A DNA stretch of 64,000 nucleotides from a virus. The stretch spans positions 97,209 through 161,208 of the IMG/VR virus record IMGVR_UViG_3300037042_006682; one strand, written 5' to 3'. The notes under the pieces were generated by a model. That model saw nothing but the letters and a program-made list of their open reading frames with translations. It was not told the origin of the DNA and searched no databases. Position 1 is the stretch's first letter, and every line of letters starts with the position of its first letter. The translations under genes were made by a program, and so were the position numbers. This document shows positions 1 through 8,661 of this stretch, piece by piece.

Positions 1-95
1 TGGATGCGCACCACGCACTCCTGCGCCACCGCCTGGATCCACCCGCTGGAGACATCCTCCGTCTGGAAGCTCAACCGATACCGCACAGGACTCAT
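1..95 (-). CDS. Hypothetical protein, 5' part only (runs off window)
   Basis: ATG at 93-95 overlaps the tmk stop (ATGA), with GGAGG upstream; frame MSPVRYRLSFQTEDV... stays open to the window edge. Confidence 0.5.
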   Translation of the reverse strand, partial: MSPVRYRLSFQTEDVSSGWIQAVAQECVVRI

Positions 96-796
96 CGCGT
101 TTCCTCCTGGTGCCGCGCGCACCGCGCCCACGCCTCCGGGGTCAGGCCCCGGTCGAGGTCCGCCCAGACCGCATCCTGCACCGCCTCGGCCGCCAGCGTC
201 CCGTCAACCCGCTTGACCACCCCCGTATCCAGCGCCACGTCCCACACGAAGCTGTGGTAGGCCGCGACGACCTTCTGGTGGAACGTCTGCTCCTCGAACC
301 GATCCGGCAAAAACCCGCGCGCCCGCACCCGTTGCCAGAACACCCCAGCGGGCCCGTCCAGGATGAACGTCATGTCCGGCGCCACCCACCACGGCACCTC
401 GGGCACCCCGTGATCCCGCGGCACCCCGGCCCGCACCTCGCGCGCCAGGGCCATCATCCGCTCCAAGTGCCCCCCCTCGGAGAGCCCCTGGTAGACCACC
501 GTCGAATGAAAGAACCGATCGCAGACCACGACTACGCCCTGCCGCAGCAGGGGGCGGATCACGTGCTCCACGTGCCAACAGCGGTCCGCCGCGAAGAGGT
601 GGGCGAGCCCCCGCCAACTGAGGTGCACGCCACCCCGCAGGTACTCCCGCAAGGTATGGCCGATCGGCCCGTGCGAGGGCTCTGCCGTCGCCTGCGCCGC
701 GATCCCCATCCCCTGTAGCCGAGCGACCAGCAGCGCGGTCTGCGTCGTGGTCCCCGCGCCATCCGCACCCTCGAATACGATGAACGGCGCTCTCAT
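92..796 (-). CDS. tmk: Thymidylate kinase
   Basis: FIVFEGADGAGTTTQ P-loop, EP, LFAADR, VVCDRF and PDxTFILD motifs. Confidence 0.93.
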   Translation of the reverse strand: MRAPFIVFEGADGAGTTTQTALLVARLQGMGIAAQATAEPSHGPIGHTLREYLRGGVHLSWRGLAHLFAADRCWHVEHVIRPLLRQGVVVVCDRFFHSTVVYQGLSEGGHLERMMALAREVRAGVPRDHGVPEVPWWVAPDMTFILDGPAGVFWQRVRARGFLPDRFEEQTFHQKVVAAYHSFVWDVALDTGVVKRVDGTLAAEAVQDAVWADLDRGLTPEAWARCARHQEETR

Positions 797-1497
797 TCGG
801 CCACCTCATCGGGCACGACACCGACGATGTCCACCTCGCTGAACAAGTCCACGGCGTCCCCGTGTTTGGCCCGCACGACACAGGCATTGAACAACGAAAT
901 GATGCGCACCTCCTGGGGTCCCTCGACCGCGCCCCGCTGCAACCACAGGACGCACATCCGCCCCTTATAGACCGCGTACTCGCTCATCTTCACCCACGCA
1001 AGCATCGCCGCGTCCATGTCCCCTCGTGGAATGCGGCACAGCGTGATCGACCGATTCCACGCACTCCCCGAGATCGGCGTCCGTGCCGTCGCCGTCTCCT
1101 CTTCGATGTGGACCGCCCTCATGGGAATGCGCGTCGGCCACGCCTCCCAGGCATCAAACGTCGTCGTCCCCTCGGGGGCCAGGTAGAGGTCGATCCGCGA
1201 GGGCACCATGCAAGACGGCACCCCCTCCTGAATGTCGCCCACTTCGGTCAACGCCAACGCCCACACCGGCTGACCAAACCCCACGAACCGCGCCTGTTCC
1301 GTCCGCTGACACGCCGCGATCCGCGCCGTGAGCCAGCGCCCCGTATAGACCGCTGCCCCGTGCTCCCACTCGCGGAACACGATCGTGTCCTCCGCCGCGT
1401 ACTGGCGGTCGTCGCCGAACCGGATCTCCAGCGTCTTCGCCCCGCGGGCGATCTCCACAAAATAGGCGCGCCAGATCTTCAACTCGTGCGTGATCAC
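793..1497 (-). CDS. ASCH/DUF3850-like domain protein with C-terminal extension
   Basis: GTG overlaps the MTase stop (GTGA); HELKIWxxYFxxIxxGxKTLEIR...D.IVFREW...YTGR motif. Confidence 0.75.
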   Translation of the reverse strand: MITHELKIWRAYFVEIARGAKTLEIRFGDDRQYAAEDTIVFREWEHGAAVYTGRWLTARIAACQRTEQARFVGFGQPVWALALTEVGDIQEGVPSCMVPSRIDLYLAPEGTTTFDAWEAWPTRIPMRAVHIEEETATARTPISGSAWNRSITLCRIPRGDMDAAMLAWVKMSEYAVYKGRMCVLWLQRGAVEGPQEVRIISLFNACVVRAKHGDAVDLFSEVDIVGVVPDEVAE

Positions 1498-2553
1498 AAC
1501 GGCAATACCTCCTGCGCCAGCCGCCGCGCGGCCACCGCACAAAACTGCTCCTCGCGCTCGATCCCGATCACGCGGCGCCCCAGCTCCTTGGCCGCGCGCA
1601 GCGTGGTCCCGCTCCCCATGAACGGGTCGAGCACGAGGTCCCCCTTGTGGCTGCTCACGCGCACCATCTGCTGGATCAGCGGCAGGGGCTTCTGCGTGGG
1701 GTGCTGCCGGTCGGTCTCCCCGCCGAACCGCCAGACCTCCCCCCATTGGTCGTGCTTCGTGAGGTTGAAGGGCCGGCGCAGGGCCTCGTACTCGCGCTTC
1801 AGCTCGTTGTACTCGCGGCGCAGCACGTCGGCCTCCCGCTGCAGCAGCGCGAGGTCGCGGTCCAGGGCGGGCTCCCCGTCCGCAGCCCGCGCCGCGTTGA
1901 ACAGCTCGCGCAGGCGCAGGTAGTGGGCCTCCGTGGGGAGGGCCCACTGCGAGCTGCTGAACCAGTGCCCCGCCATGTTGGTGTTGAGGGCGCGGTTCAC
2001 GTCCCCCCGCGAGAGCCCGGCCCGCGCGCGCTCCCCGTCGAGGTAGGCCCGGATGGGCTCGAAGATGCGCCCCCGCAGCTCGTCCTCGACCCGCGTGCGG
2101 TGCTCCTCGGCCCCCGGCCGGAGGCCCTCCCCGCGCTGCTCCGCGAAGACGATGCGCTCGTTGTTGCGCGTCCAGTAGGTCCGCAGCATCTCGAAGTCGA
2201 CCTGGCCGTTGGCCCCCGGCTTCTGCCACGTGATGTTCGCCAGCACGTGGAACTGCGCCCGCATCGCCACGTCGACCCGCGTCAGCATCTGCGGCGAGGT
2301 GAAGACGTAGAGGCTCCCCCGCAGCTCCAGGATGCCCCGCAGCAGGCCGAGCACCCCGTCGAGCCACGCGAGGAACGCGGCCTCCGTCTCCCACTGGTTG
2401 TCCCAGTCCTCCTCGACGACCCCGCAATAGGGGGGGGTCCGCGATGACGAGCTGCACGCTCGCCAGCTCCAGCTGCGGGAGCACCTCCTCGCAGGCCCCG
2501 CAGTAGATCGTGACCCCATTGCGCTCGTCGGCGTAGTACGGCGTCAGCGCCAT
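1494..2553 (-). pseudogene. Beta-class N6A/N4C DNA methyltransferase, frameshifted by one extra C in the DPPY codons (phase-variable OFF allele or sequence error)
   Basis: MALTPYY...LVIADPP in one frame continues as YCGVV...HPTQKP...VLDPFMGSGTT...GIERE in another; the junction is a C8 run where C7 gives DPPY. Confidence 0.85.
2430..2437. repeat. G8/C8 homopolymer at the MTase catalytic motif
   Basis: Plus strand caata-GGGGGGGG-tccgc. Confidence 0.95.
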
Positions 2554-2555
2554 CG

Positions 2556-3599
2556 TCAGAAGCCCTCCCAGAGCGCCCGCTGGCGGGGCTCCGCGGGGAG
2601 GCACCCCGGCGAGTACCAGATCGCCTCCTGGTCCTTCGTCTTGCTCGACCCATAGGTGGTCCGCAGGCGCTCCCAGCCCACGCAGTCCCACCCCGGCAGG
2701 TCGTAATCCCCGAGGTGCCCGCACAGCGCGACGCGGAGGTCCCCGTGCTCGCGGCACCACGCGATGACCCCCGCCACCACGCTGTCCGCGCGGTAGAGGT
2801 CCTCGTAGCCGTCATAGGGCGGGTCGAGGAACACCGCGGTCTCCTCCTTGCCATAGTAGCTGTTGAGGCAGCGGTCCCAGGCCCCATGCACGACCCGCAC
2901 GCGATTCAGGCGCGCCGCGAGCCGCCGCAGCCACTGCGCCGCCACCGCCCCGCTGGAGGTCCAGTGGTCGGGGCCCGCGCCGTCCTCGGCGATGTGCGTC
3001 TTCGAGGCGTAGCCCCGCCCCACGTCGTTGATCTGCGGGATCTGCCCCACGGCCTGCACGCCCCGCCCCAAGTTGTTGACGTGCGGGATCTTGCCCCCCG
3101 CCTGCACCCCCATGCCGGGGCTGCTCAGGAAGGGGATCTGCCCGCCCTCCACCGCGTCGCCCATGGGCCGCGTGCGCCACCAGTCCGCCCAGCCGCTGCC
3201 GATCCAGCAGCACTGCCCCCACATCCACCACCCCGCGACCTGCGCGTCCCCCGGCCACTCCGGGTCCTGCAGGGCCGCCCCGAGGCGCTCGCGCTGCGCC
3301 ATCAGCCAAACGTGCCGCGCCCCGAGGTCCACGTTGACCACCGGGTAGTCCGCCCACCGCGCGACCTCCGCGTGCTGGTTCACCACCGCCCGCCAGAAGT
3401 TCGCGATGAACCCGTTGGCGTCCCCGATGACCTCCAGCGCGGCCGGCCGCGGCGCCCCGAGGAGCATCGCCGCCGACCCGCAGAACGGCTCGATGTAGTG
3501 CTTGGGCCGCCCGAAGCGCGCCCAGACCTGCGTCACCACGTCCCGCTTGCCGCCGAAGTACGGAAAGGGGGCTACTAGGGGTTGTTCAACCACCGACAC
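2556..3599 (-). CDS. D12-class (Dam-like) N6-adenine DNA methyltransferase
   Basis: PFPYFGGK, YIEPFCGS, DAN..IANFW and VFLDPPY motifs in alpha-class order. Confidence 0.88.
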   Translation of the reverse strand: MSVVEQPLVAPFPYFGGKRDVVTQVWARFGRPKHYIEPFCGSAAMLLGAPRPAALEVIGDANGFIANFWRAVVNQHAEVARWADYPVVNVDLGARHVWLMAQRERLGAALQDPEWPGDAQVAGWWMWGQCCWIGSGWADWWRTRPMGDAVEGGQIPFLSSPGMGVQAGGKIPHVNNLGRGVQAVGQIPQINDVGRGYASKTHIAEDGAGPDHWTSSGAVAAQWLRRLAARLNRVRVVHGAWDRCLNSYYGKEETAVFLDPPYDGYEDLYRADSVVAGVIAWCREHGDLRVALCGHLGDYDLPGWDCVGWERLRTTYGSSKTKDQEAIWYSPGCLPAEPRQRALWEGF

Positions 3600-3614
3600 C
3601 TCCGGCCAACGCCA

Positions 3615-4418
3615 TCATCGCCGTCCCCGCGTCACGATGGCACCAGGCCCCGCCGCGAACAGCTCAAAGGCTATCGCATAGACCTGCCGCAGGAGGCCAG
3701 GGTGCTCGCCCGCATCCAGCGACTCCGCGAGGTCCAACACGCTCATCTCCGCGCGGTCCGCCCGCCGCTTGAGGTCCAGGTGGCAGCGGTCCCGCACCTC
3801 GCGATACAGGCGGTTCCAGGTCTCGCGGTAGTCCGCCCCCGTGAGCTGGCAGAACCCCCGCACCACCTGGTTGATCTGCATGCGCTCCGTCAGCTCCGGG
3901 GCCGGCAGGGCCGGTGCCGGGAGGGCCCGTAGCGCCTGATCGCCCGCCGCGGCGCGCGCCTCAATAGCGTCCACCCGCTGCGCCAACGCCGCCGTCTGGC
4001 GCTCCTGCTCAGCCAAGGCCTGCACCGACTCCAGCAACAGCTCGATCTGCGTCTTGGCCCGTCCCGCCACCGCGTATTGCCCCGTGCGCCGGATGCGCGG
4101 GAGCACCTCCCCCGCGATCCACTTCTGGAACGGAAGGGCCATCGGCTTGTCCGATCGGGCCAGGAAGAAATAGAGGCCCTGCTCGGAAAGGCAAAGGATT
4201 TCCTGCACTCCGCCAGGGGTCGGTATTGGATACCGCCCCTTCCACTCCTCCGGGATGTGGTCCGTCATGCGCTTGGCATTGTCTGCTGTCGATTCAGGAT
4301 ACCCCAGGGCCAACGCGACATCTCGCGCCACCCACCAGGGCTCGCCCTCGATCAGCTCGACGCGCACCGCCCGTTGCTCAAAATCAAACACCTGCACCAC
4401 CGCTTGCTGCTCGCTCAT
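3615..4418 (-). CDS. Bro-N domain antirepressor-like protein with coiled coil and C-terminal domain
   Basis: FDFEQRAVR..GEPWWVARDVALALGY..LSEQGLY..RSDKP.ALPFQKWIAGEVLPRIRRTGQY. Confidence 0.9.
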   Translation of the reverse strand: MSEQQAVVQVFDFEQRAVRVELIEGEPWWVARDVALALGYPESTADNAKRMTDHIPEEWKGRYPIPTPGGVQEILCLSEQGLYFFLARSDKPMALPFQKWIAGEVLPRIRRTGQYAVAGRAKTQIELLLESVQALAEQERQTAALAQRVDAIEARAAAGDQALRALPAPALPAPELTERMQINQVVRGFCQLTGADYRETWNRLYREVRDRCHLDLKRRADRAEMSVLDLAESLDAGEHPGLLRQVYAIAFELFAAGPGAIVTRGRR

Positions 4419-4470
4419 CGCTCCGCTCCTGGGCCCTCGCCCGCAACCGTCAGCCGTTCAACCGTTCAAC

Positions 4471-4794
4471 TCACCGCCGCCGCACGAGCCACGCGGGGAC
4501 CCCCTCGGGGCCCACCGGGGCGGCCGGGGCCGCGCTCCGCCGCTGCGCCTGCACCTGCGCCACCGCCTCATCAAGCGCCCGCAGCACCCCCTCGTGGGCC
4601 TCCACGAGCCCCAGTAGGCGCCCGCGCTCCGCCCGCAGCGCCACGAGGTCCCGCGCGAGGCCCTCCGCGAGGCAGGGCCAGCAGCGGTGCTGCCCCTCCA
4701 ACAGGACAGCCGCGCGCCCCCCGCAGGCCCCGCACTCCTCCCCCCGCAGGCCTACCCGCGTCCACCGCGGGCACTCCCCCGTCAAGAAGCCCAT
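4471..4794 (-). CDS. Small putative zinc-binding protein
   Basis: GGAGGTG RBS; CGAC...CWPC followed by a coiled coil. Confidence 0.65.
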   Translation of the reverse strand: MGFLTGECPRWTRVGLRGEECGACGGRAAVLLEGQHRCWPCLAEGLARDLVALRAERGRLLGLVEAHEGVLRALDEAVAQVQAQRRSAAPAAPVGPEGVPAWLVRRR

Positions 4795-5050
4795 ATCACC
4801 TCCCCTGCACCATGCCGCGCGGCCCGCCGCCCCCCGCCAGGGGCCGGGTTCACGGCCGGCACCCCCTCACATGGTGTGGTTCCCTGCCACCCCCAGCTAT
4901 TCTTCACCCTGAACCATTGGTTTCGCTGCATCTTGGAGGGGCCTGCGTGAGTTTTTAGGGGGCAGCAGGCCGCGCCGCACGCCGCGCCCCCACCCCGTTG
5001 CTGTGTCCACGTTCGCACCCCATCGGGCTACCACGGGGCCACCATGTTTG

Positions 5051-5293
5051 TCAACTTTCATCCTCCTCCCCCGCACTTTCCCCCGCCGCGCCCCGCGCCA
5101 CGAGCCGCACGCGCCCCCGCTGGGGCACCCACAGCATCGCCGCCGCCTTGGCCCCCGCCCGCCGATGCATGCTCACCCACCAGCCCTCCTCCCCGTCCAG
5201 CGCCCCCCGCGTCACCTCCACGCGCAGCCCCAGGAGGTCCGCCGCCATGCGCCGCACCACGCCCCAGCCCTCCCAGCCATCACCCAAAAACAT
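5051..5293 (-). CDS. Hypothetical protein
   Basis: GGAGG upstream; plausible composition; co-oriented with neighbours. Confidence 0.4.
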   Translation of the reverse strand: MFLGDGWEGWGVVRRMAADLLGLRVEVTRGALDGEEGWWVSMHRRAGAKAAAMLWVPQRGRVRLVARGAAGESAGEEDES

Positions 5294-5467
5294 CCATGCC
5301 TCCTCTCCGGACTGCCCCGCCCCATCCTACCACAGCCCTCCCCCAGGTTATCGCGCGAGACACGCGCGCGGCTTCATCCGCTTCGATCCTGCGCGATGTG
5401 GTCTGTTCTAGATCGATCTGGCCTTCCCCGAGCCCCGAGCCAAAGGCAGAGGACCCCTGTACCTTTA

Positions 5468-5515
5468 CGTCTTGTTCTTCGTCTTGTTCTTCGTCTTGTT
5501 CTTTGTCTTCGTCTT
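5468..5515 (+). repeat. Tandem repeat (CGTCTTGTTCTT)x3 plus one degenerate copy
   Basis: Read directly from the sequence. Confidence 0.95.
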
Positions 5516-5706
5516 AGATCTCGAGAGAGATCGCGCGGCCCTGCGCGCAGGGCGAAACTCCCGTAGGGAGTTGAGCTAAGACCCGCAAGGGATCCGGATC
5601 CGGAGATCCACGCGCTCTCCAAGGCGCGAAGACGCCCCCGATCGAACGCCCGTCGTCACGCGCGAGACAAAGGAGAATCCACGGGGTTCACGTAGATTCT
5701 TGAGGT

Positions 5707-5724
5707 TGCGTACGCGCGTACGCG
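5707..5724. promoter_or_regulatory. Alternating YR palindrome motif copy (TGCGTACGCGCGTACGCG)
   Basis: Matches the family consensus YGCGYA-YGCGCR-TRCGCR. Confidence 0.7.
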
Positions 5725-5935
5725 GATTCTAGGATTCACCTTAACTATGCACATCAAACGGCTCGACATCGCTTGTGAAATCTCGCAAGGGCACGCGAAG
5801 CATCCCATCTTGCCGCTTTGCCACTGCGTACGCAGGTTCGAGAATCTACTTTAACTATTGCGTGTAACCACCACGTAATCTCACAGCTATCGCCAAACGC
5901 GAGCGCCCACTGCGTACGCAACCTCGTGACTTTAC

Positions 5936-5954
5936 TTGAAGGATTGATACTCAA
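5936..5954. promoter_or_regulatory. Degenerate TTGAGTR-N5-YACTCAA inverted repeat
   Basis: TTGAAGG-attga-TACTCAA. Confidence 0.4.
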
Positions 5955-5975
5955 CTCCACGATTACACAAGGCAA

Positions 5976-6359
5976 TCACCGCTTTTTCCACTCATCCTCG
6001 TGGACAAAAGCACGCAGGATCGCGGCCACGCCCCCCTCGGCCTCCTCCGGGGGCACGCTGGTGCGCGCCTGCACCGCGGCCACCGCGCGCCCCACCCCGT
6101 CCCCCGCCGCGGCCAGCGCGTCCACCTGCACCTGCAGGGCATCCGCGCGCTCCCGGTGCTGCTTGAGGGCCGCCACCATGCCGAGGCGCGCCCGCTCCAG
6201 GGCCCCCACCTGGACCTCCGCCGCGACGAGGGCCTGCCCCAGCGCCGCGACCTCGCGCTCCACCCGCGCGAGCCCCGCCGTCAGCGCCCGCACGGTCCCC
6301 GCCAGCTCCGCGACCCGCGCCTCCACCCCCACCCACGAGGGCGCCCGCGGCGGCGTCAC
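5976..6359 (-). CDS. Coiled-coil hypothetical protein
   Basis: GTG overlapping the upstream stop (GTGA); heptad-rich helix. Confidence 0.65.
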   Translation of the reverse strand: MTPPRAPSWVGVEARVAELAGTVRALTAGLARVEREVAALGQALVAAEVQVGALERARLGMVAALKQHRERADALQVQVDALAAAGDGVGRAVAAVQARTSVPPEEAEGGVAAILRAFVHEDEWKKR

Positions 6360-6970
6360 GAGCGGCCCCGCACCCCCGCCCCGTCCGCCTCCGTCACCGT
6401 CTGGAACGAGGCCGTGATGGCCTCCCCGAGCGGCCCCTCGTCCCCCGCCATCGGCGGCGGCGCCACCGTGGGCACCGGGGGCGGCCCCAGCGGCGCGGGG
6501 ACCCCGCCCATGCGCACCACCCACGCGGCCAGCGCCACGGCCACCCCGTGCGCCGCCTGGCGCCACGACGTGGGGAGCGCCCCGAGCCCCAGCCCGAGCC
6601 CCCGCGCCACCGCCAGCAGCAGCGCCAGCCCGTGGACCCCCCACACCGCCCCGGCCTCGTGGCCATCGGCCCCGCGCACCCCGCCCCCCGTCGCCCCGAG
6701 GGGCCGGTGCCAGCGCGCGAGCCCCATCACCAGCGCCGGGGGGAGCCCCCCCGCCACCAGCGCGTCCACCGCGTAGATCCCATGGCCATCCGCCCCCACC
6801 ACGCGCAGGAGCCCCTCCACCGCCGCGCGGTCCAGGGCCTGGCGCCCCGCCGCCGCCCGCGTCCCCACGCGCGTCCCCAGCGCCGGCGTCCGCATCTGCC
6901 CCGCCAGCTCCGCCGCGGCCCCCGCCCGCGCCCCGTCCGGCCGCGTTGGCCGTCCCTGCTCGTCGCCCAT
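6356..6970 (-). CDS. Hypothetical protein
   Basis: Start moved to MGDEQ after a GGAGG RBS; the longer ORF start would run through a terminator and promoter. Confidence 0.6.
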   Translation of the reverse strand: MGDEQGRPTRPDGARAGAAAELAGQMRTPALGTRVGTRAAAGRQALDRAAVEGLLRVVGADGHGIYAVDALVAGGLPPALVMGLARWHRPLGATGGGVRGADGHEAGAVWGVHGLALLLAVARGLGLGLGALPTSWRQAAHGVAVALAAWVVRMGGVPAPLGPPPVPTVAPPPMAGDEGPLGEAITASFQTVTEADGAGVRGRS

Positions 6971-7003
6971 CACGCGCCTCCTCTGCTGGATCGTCTCTGG
7001 GGT

Positions 7004-7032
7004 ATTGTAGGCCGCCGCAGGGGCGCTATCAA
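7004..7032 (-). promoter_or_regulatory. Sigma70-type promoter TTGATA-N17-TACAAT
   Basis: Near-consensus -35 and -10 with a 17-bp spacer, upstream of the RBS of 6356-6970. Confidence 0.8.
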
Positions 7033-7037
7033 GGCGA

Positions 7038-7056
7038 CGCGCACGCGCATACGCAG
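7038..7056. promoter_or_regulatory. Alternating YR palindrome motif copy, 5 bp upstream of the -35
   Basis: CGCGCACGCGCATACGCAG. Confidence 0.7.
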
Positions 7057-7069
7057 GCACAACGCCACC

Positions 7070-7108
7070 AAAAAGAAGAGCCGCCGTGGTTGCACCCACG
7101 AGCGGCTC
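7070..7108 (-). terminator. Intrinsic terminator closing the structural/cargo operon
   Basis: GAGCCGC(T)CGTGG / CCACGGCGGCTC stem followed by TTCTTTTT. Confidence 0.85.
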
Positions 7109-7144
7109 GAGTCGGTCCAGGACAAACACAACGACCAGGGCCTT

Positions 7145-7621
7145 TTACCCCACCGCACCGCCGCGTGTCAAGCCCTCCACAAGCGCCCGCAGGCGCTGGC
7201 TCAGCGACCGGGCCTCGCCCTTCAGCGTCCATGGCCCCTCGAACTCCGCGCGCCTCTTGCCCACGAGCTTGTAGTACTTCGCGTCCTTCGCGGCGTGGTT
7301 CCGGTCCCGCTGGTGCCTCTGGATGTACTTGCGCCCGCGCGGCGTCTGCTGGTGCGGCTTCCGCCGCTTGAAGTACGGCAGCTTGGGCCCGTGGTGCAAC
7401 GCCGCGACCCCGCGCGCGATGGCGTGCGCCTTCGGGGCGTCCGAGCGCCGCGGGGGCGTCTTCTTCCGCAGCCCCCCCACGATCGCCACCACGGCGTGCC
7501 GCGTGTAGGGGTCCGCCGCCCGCGGCTTCTGCACCTTGATCGCGGCCCCCCCATGGGGCGTCTTCCCCTCGATCAGGGCCCGCAGGCGCGCGCTGAGCCG
7601 CTCCCCGCGCGTCAGCGCCAC
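7145..7621 (-). CDS. Highly basic protein bracketed by two LSxRLRAL(I/V)EG motifs; putative internal head protein
   Basis: GTG start; K/R/H-rich core; motif at both termini. Confidence 0.7.
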   Translation of the reverse strand: MALTRGERLSARLRALIEGKTPHGGAAIKVQKPRAADPYTRHAVVAIVGGLRKKTPPRRSDAPKAHAIARGVAALHHGPKLPYFKRRKPHQQTPRGRKYIQRHQRDRNHAAKDAKYYKLVGKRRAEFEGPWTLKGEARSLSQRLRALVEGLTRGGAVG

Positions 7622-7625
7622 GGCG

Positions 7626-7949
7626 TCAGAGGCTCCACGCATCCCAGACCGCCTCGAACTGCTTGTACGCCTCGGCCACGGCCGCCTGCGCCAGGAACAG
7701 CGTGTGGGCCTGCGTCGCCTCCCACGTGGCCTCGTAGTCCTTGCGCGGCACATCGACCTCGTAGTGCATCAGCGGGCGGATCCCCGCCATCTCCTCCCGC
7801 TTCGCCTTCAGCGCCCGCACCGCCTGAGCCAGGGCCTCGGCCGCCTTGAGGACGGGGTCCACCTTGGGCACCACCTTGCGGGCCTTGATGACCGCCTCGG
7901 GGACCTTTACCTCGTCCAACTGCCGGATCAGCGCCTTCATGCTCCTCAT
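7626..7949 (-). CDS. Leader-bearing hypothetical protein (MRSMKALIRQLDE)
   Basis: ATGA overlap; GGAGG RBS. Confidence 0.75.
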   Translation of the reverse strand: MRSMKALIRQLDEVKVPEAVIKARKVVPKVDPVLKAAEALAQAVRALKAKREEMAGIRPLMHYEVDVPRKDYEATWEATQAHTLFLAQAAVAEAYKQFEAVWDAWSL

Positions 7950-8305
7950 ACGGGCCTCCCCATCGCGAGTTCCCACGCGTCCGTCACGCCCCACTTGGCC
8001 TCGTCAATAGCGATCAGTTGCTCCTGGTACGCCGCCATCGCCTGGCGGTCCGCCCGGTCCAGCCCCTTGACCAGCTTGGCCAGGTCCGCGACCTCCTTGT
8101 CGAACCGCGCCACCGCCGCATGCACGCCCTTGAGCACGGCCTCCGTCGGCACGTGCATCTGCTGGTTCCGCTGGTCGATCTCGCGCCGCCGCGCCTCCTT
8201 CGACTGGAAGTCCCCCGGCGCCACCTCGCGCCGCCGCTGGACCCCCTCGATCACCGCGATCCGCCGCTTGACCCCCTCGATCACCGCGCTCATCCGCTGT
8301 GCCAT
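7946..8305 (-). CDS. Leader-bearing helical protein (MAQRMSAVIEG)
   Basis: GGAGGAG RBS; tight gene packing. Confidence 0.75.
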   Translation of the reverse strand: MAQRMSAVIEGVKRRIAVIEGVQRRREVAPGDFQSKEARRREIDQRNQQMHVPTEAVLKGVHAAVARFDKEVADLAKLVKGLDRADRQAMAAYQEQLIAIDEAKWGVTDAWELAMGRPV

Positions 8306-8307
8306 CG

Positions 8308-8652
8308 TCACTCCTCCGTGTCGGAGTGGGCCGCGCCGTGCGCGAACCCCACCTGGAATAGCAGCCCATCGACGGCCTTGTTCAGCGCGATCACGGCCGC
8401 CTGCATGCGGGGGTCCGTCGCCGGGCGGTCCAGCCCCTGGACCAGCTCCGCCACGCGCCCCGCCGCCTGCTGCAGCGCCGCCGCCTTGGCCCCCGCGGCC
8501 TGGCGCGCGTTGGCCACGCCCCGCGCGTCCTGCGGGGAGCGCCACGCCACCTGCATCCCGCTGGTGACCTGCCCCCAGTTCGCGGGCACGCCCTCGGCCA
8601 GCAGGCCCGAGGCGACCAGGCTCGCCTCGATCATCGTGCGCATGCGCGTCAT
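8308..8652 (-). CDS. Leader-bearing hypothetical protein (MTRMRTMIEA)
   Basis: AAGGAGG RBS. Confidence 0.75.
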   Translation of the reverse strand: MTRMRTMIEASLVASGLLAEGVPANWGQVTSGMQVAWRSPQDARGVANARQAAGAKAAALQQAAGRVAELVQGLDRPATDPRMQAAVIALNKAVDGLLFQVGFAHGAAHSDTEE

Positions 8653-8661
8653 GGCGCCTCC

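Larger units (their letters stand above)
5380..5975. other. Non-coding lower-GC control region, candidate replication origin or packaging site
   Basis: No convincing ORF; nine GATC in 5385-5643; 12-bp tandem repeats; direct and inverted TGCGTACGC repeats. Confidence 0.5.

Noticed and set aside
793-2760. 655-aa ORF as a single protein
   Set aside because: It is a chimera of shadow frame, MTase N-terminus, out-of-frame MTase and the ASCH gene; this frame is stop-poor because third codon positions are G/C
5024-5053. TTGACA on the minus strand as a promoter
   Set aside because: No acceptable -10 hexamer at 16-18 bp (best is TAGCCC)
5374-5622. Arg-rich ORF or a replication initiator remnant
   Set aside because: The translation only reflects the 12-bp repeat; other frames contain stops and no initiator domain is recognisable
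8637-8648. TGCGCATGCGCG as another YR motif copy
   Set aside because: Only 12 bp and explained by the Arg-Met-Arg codons of the leader; not counted
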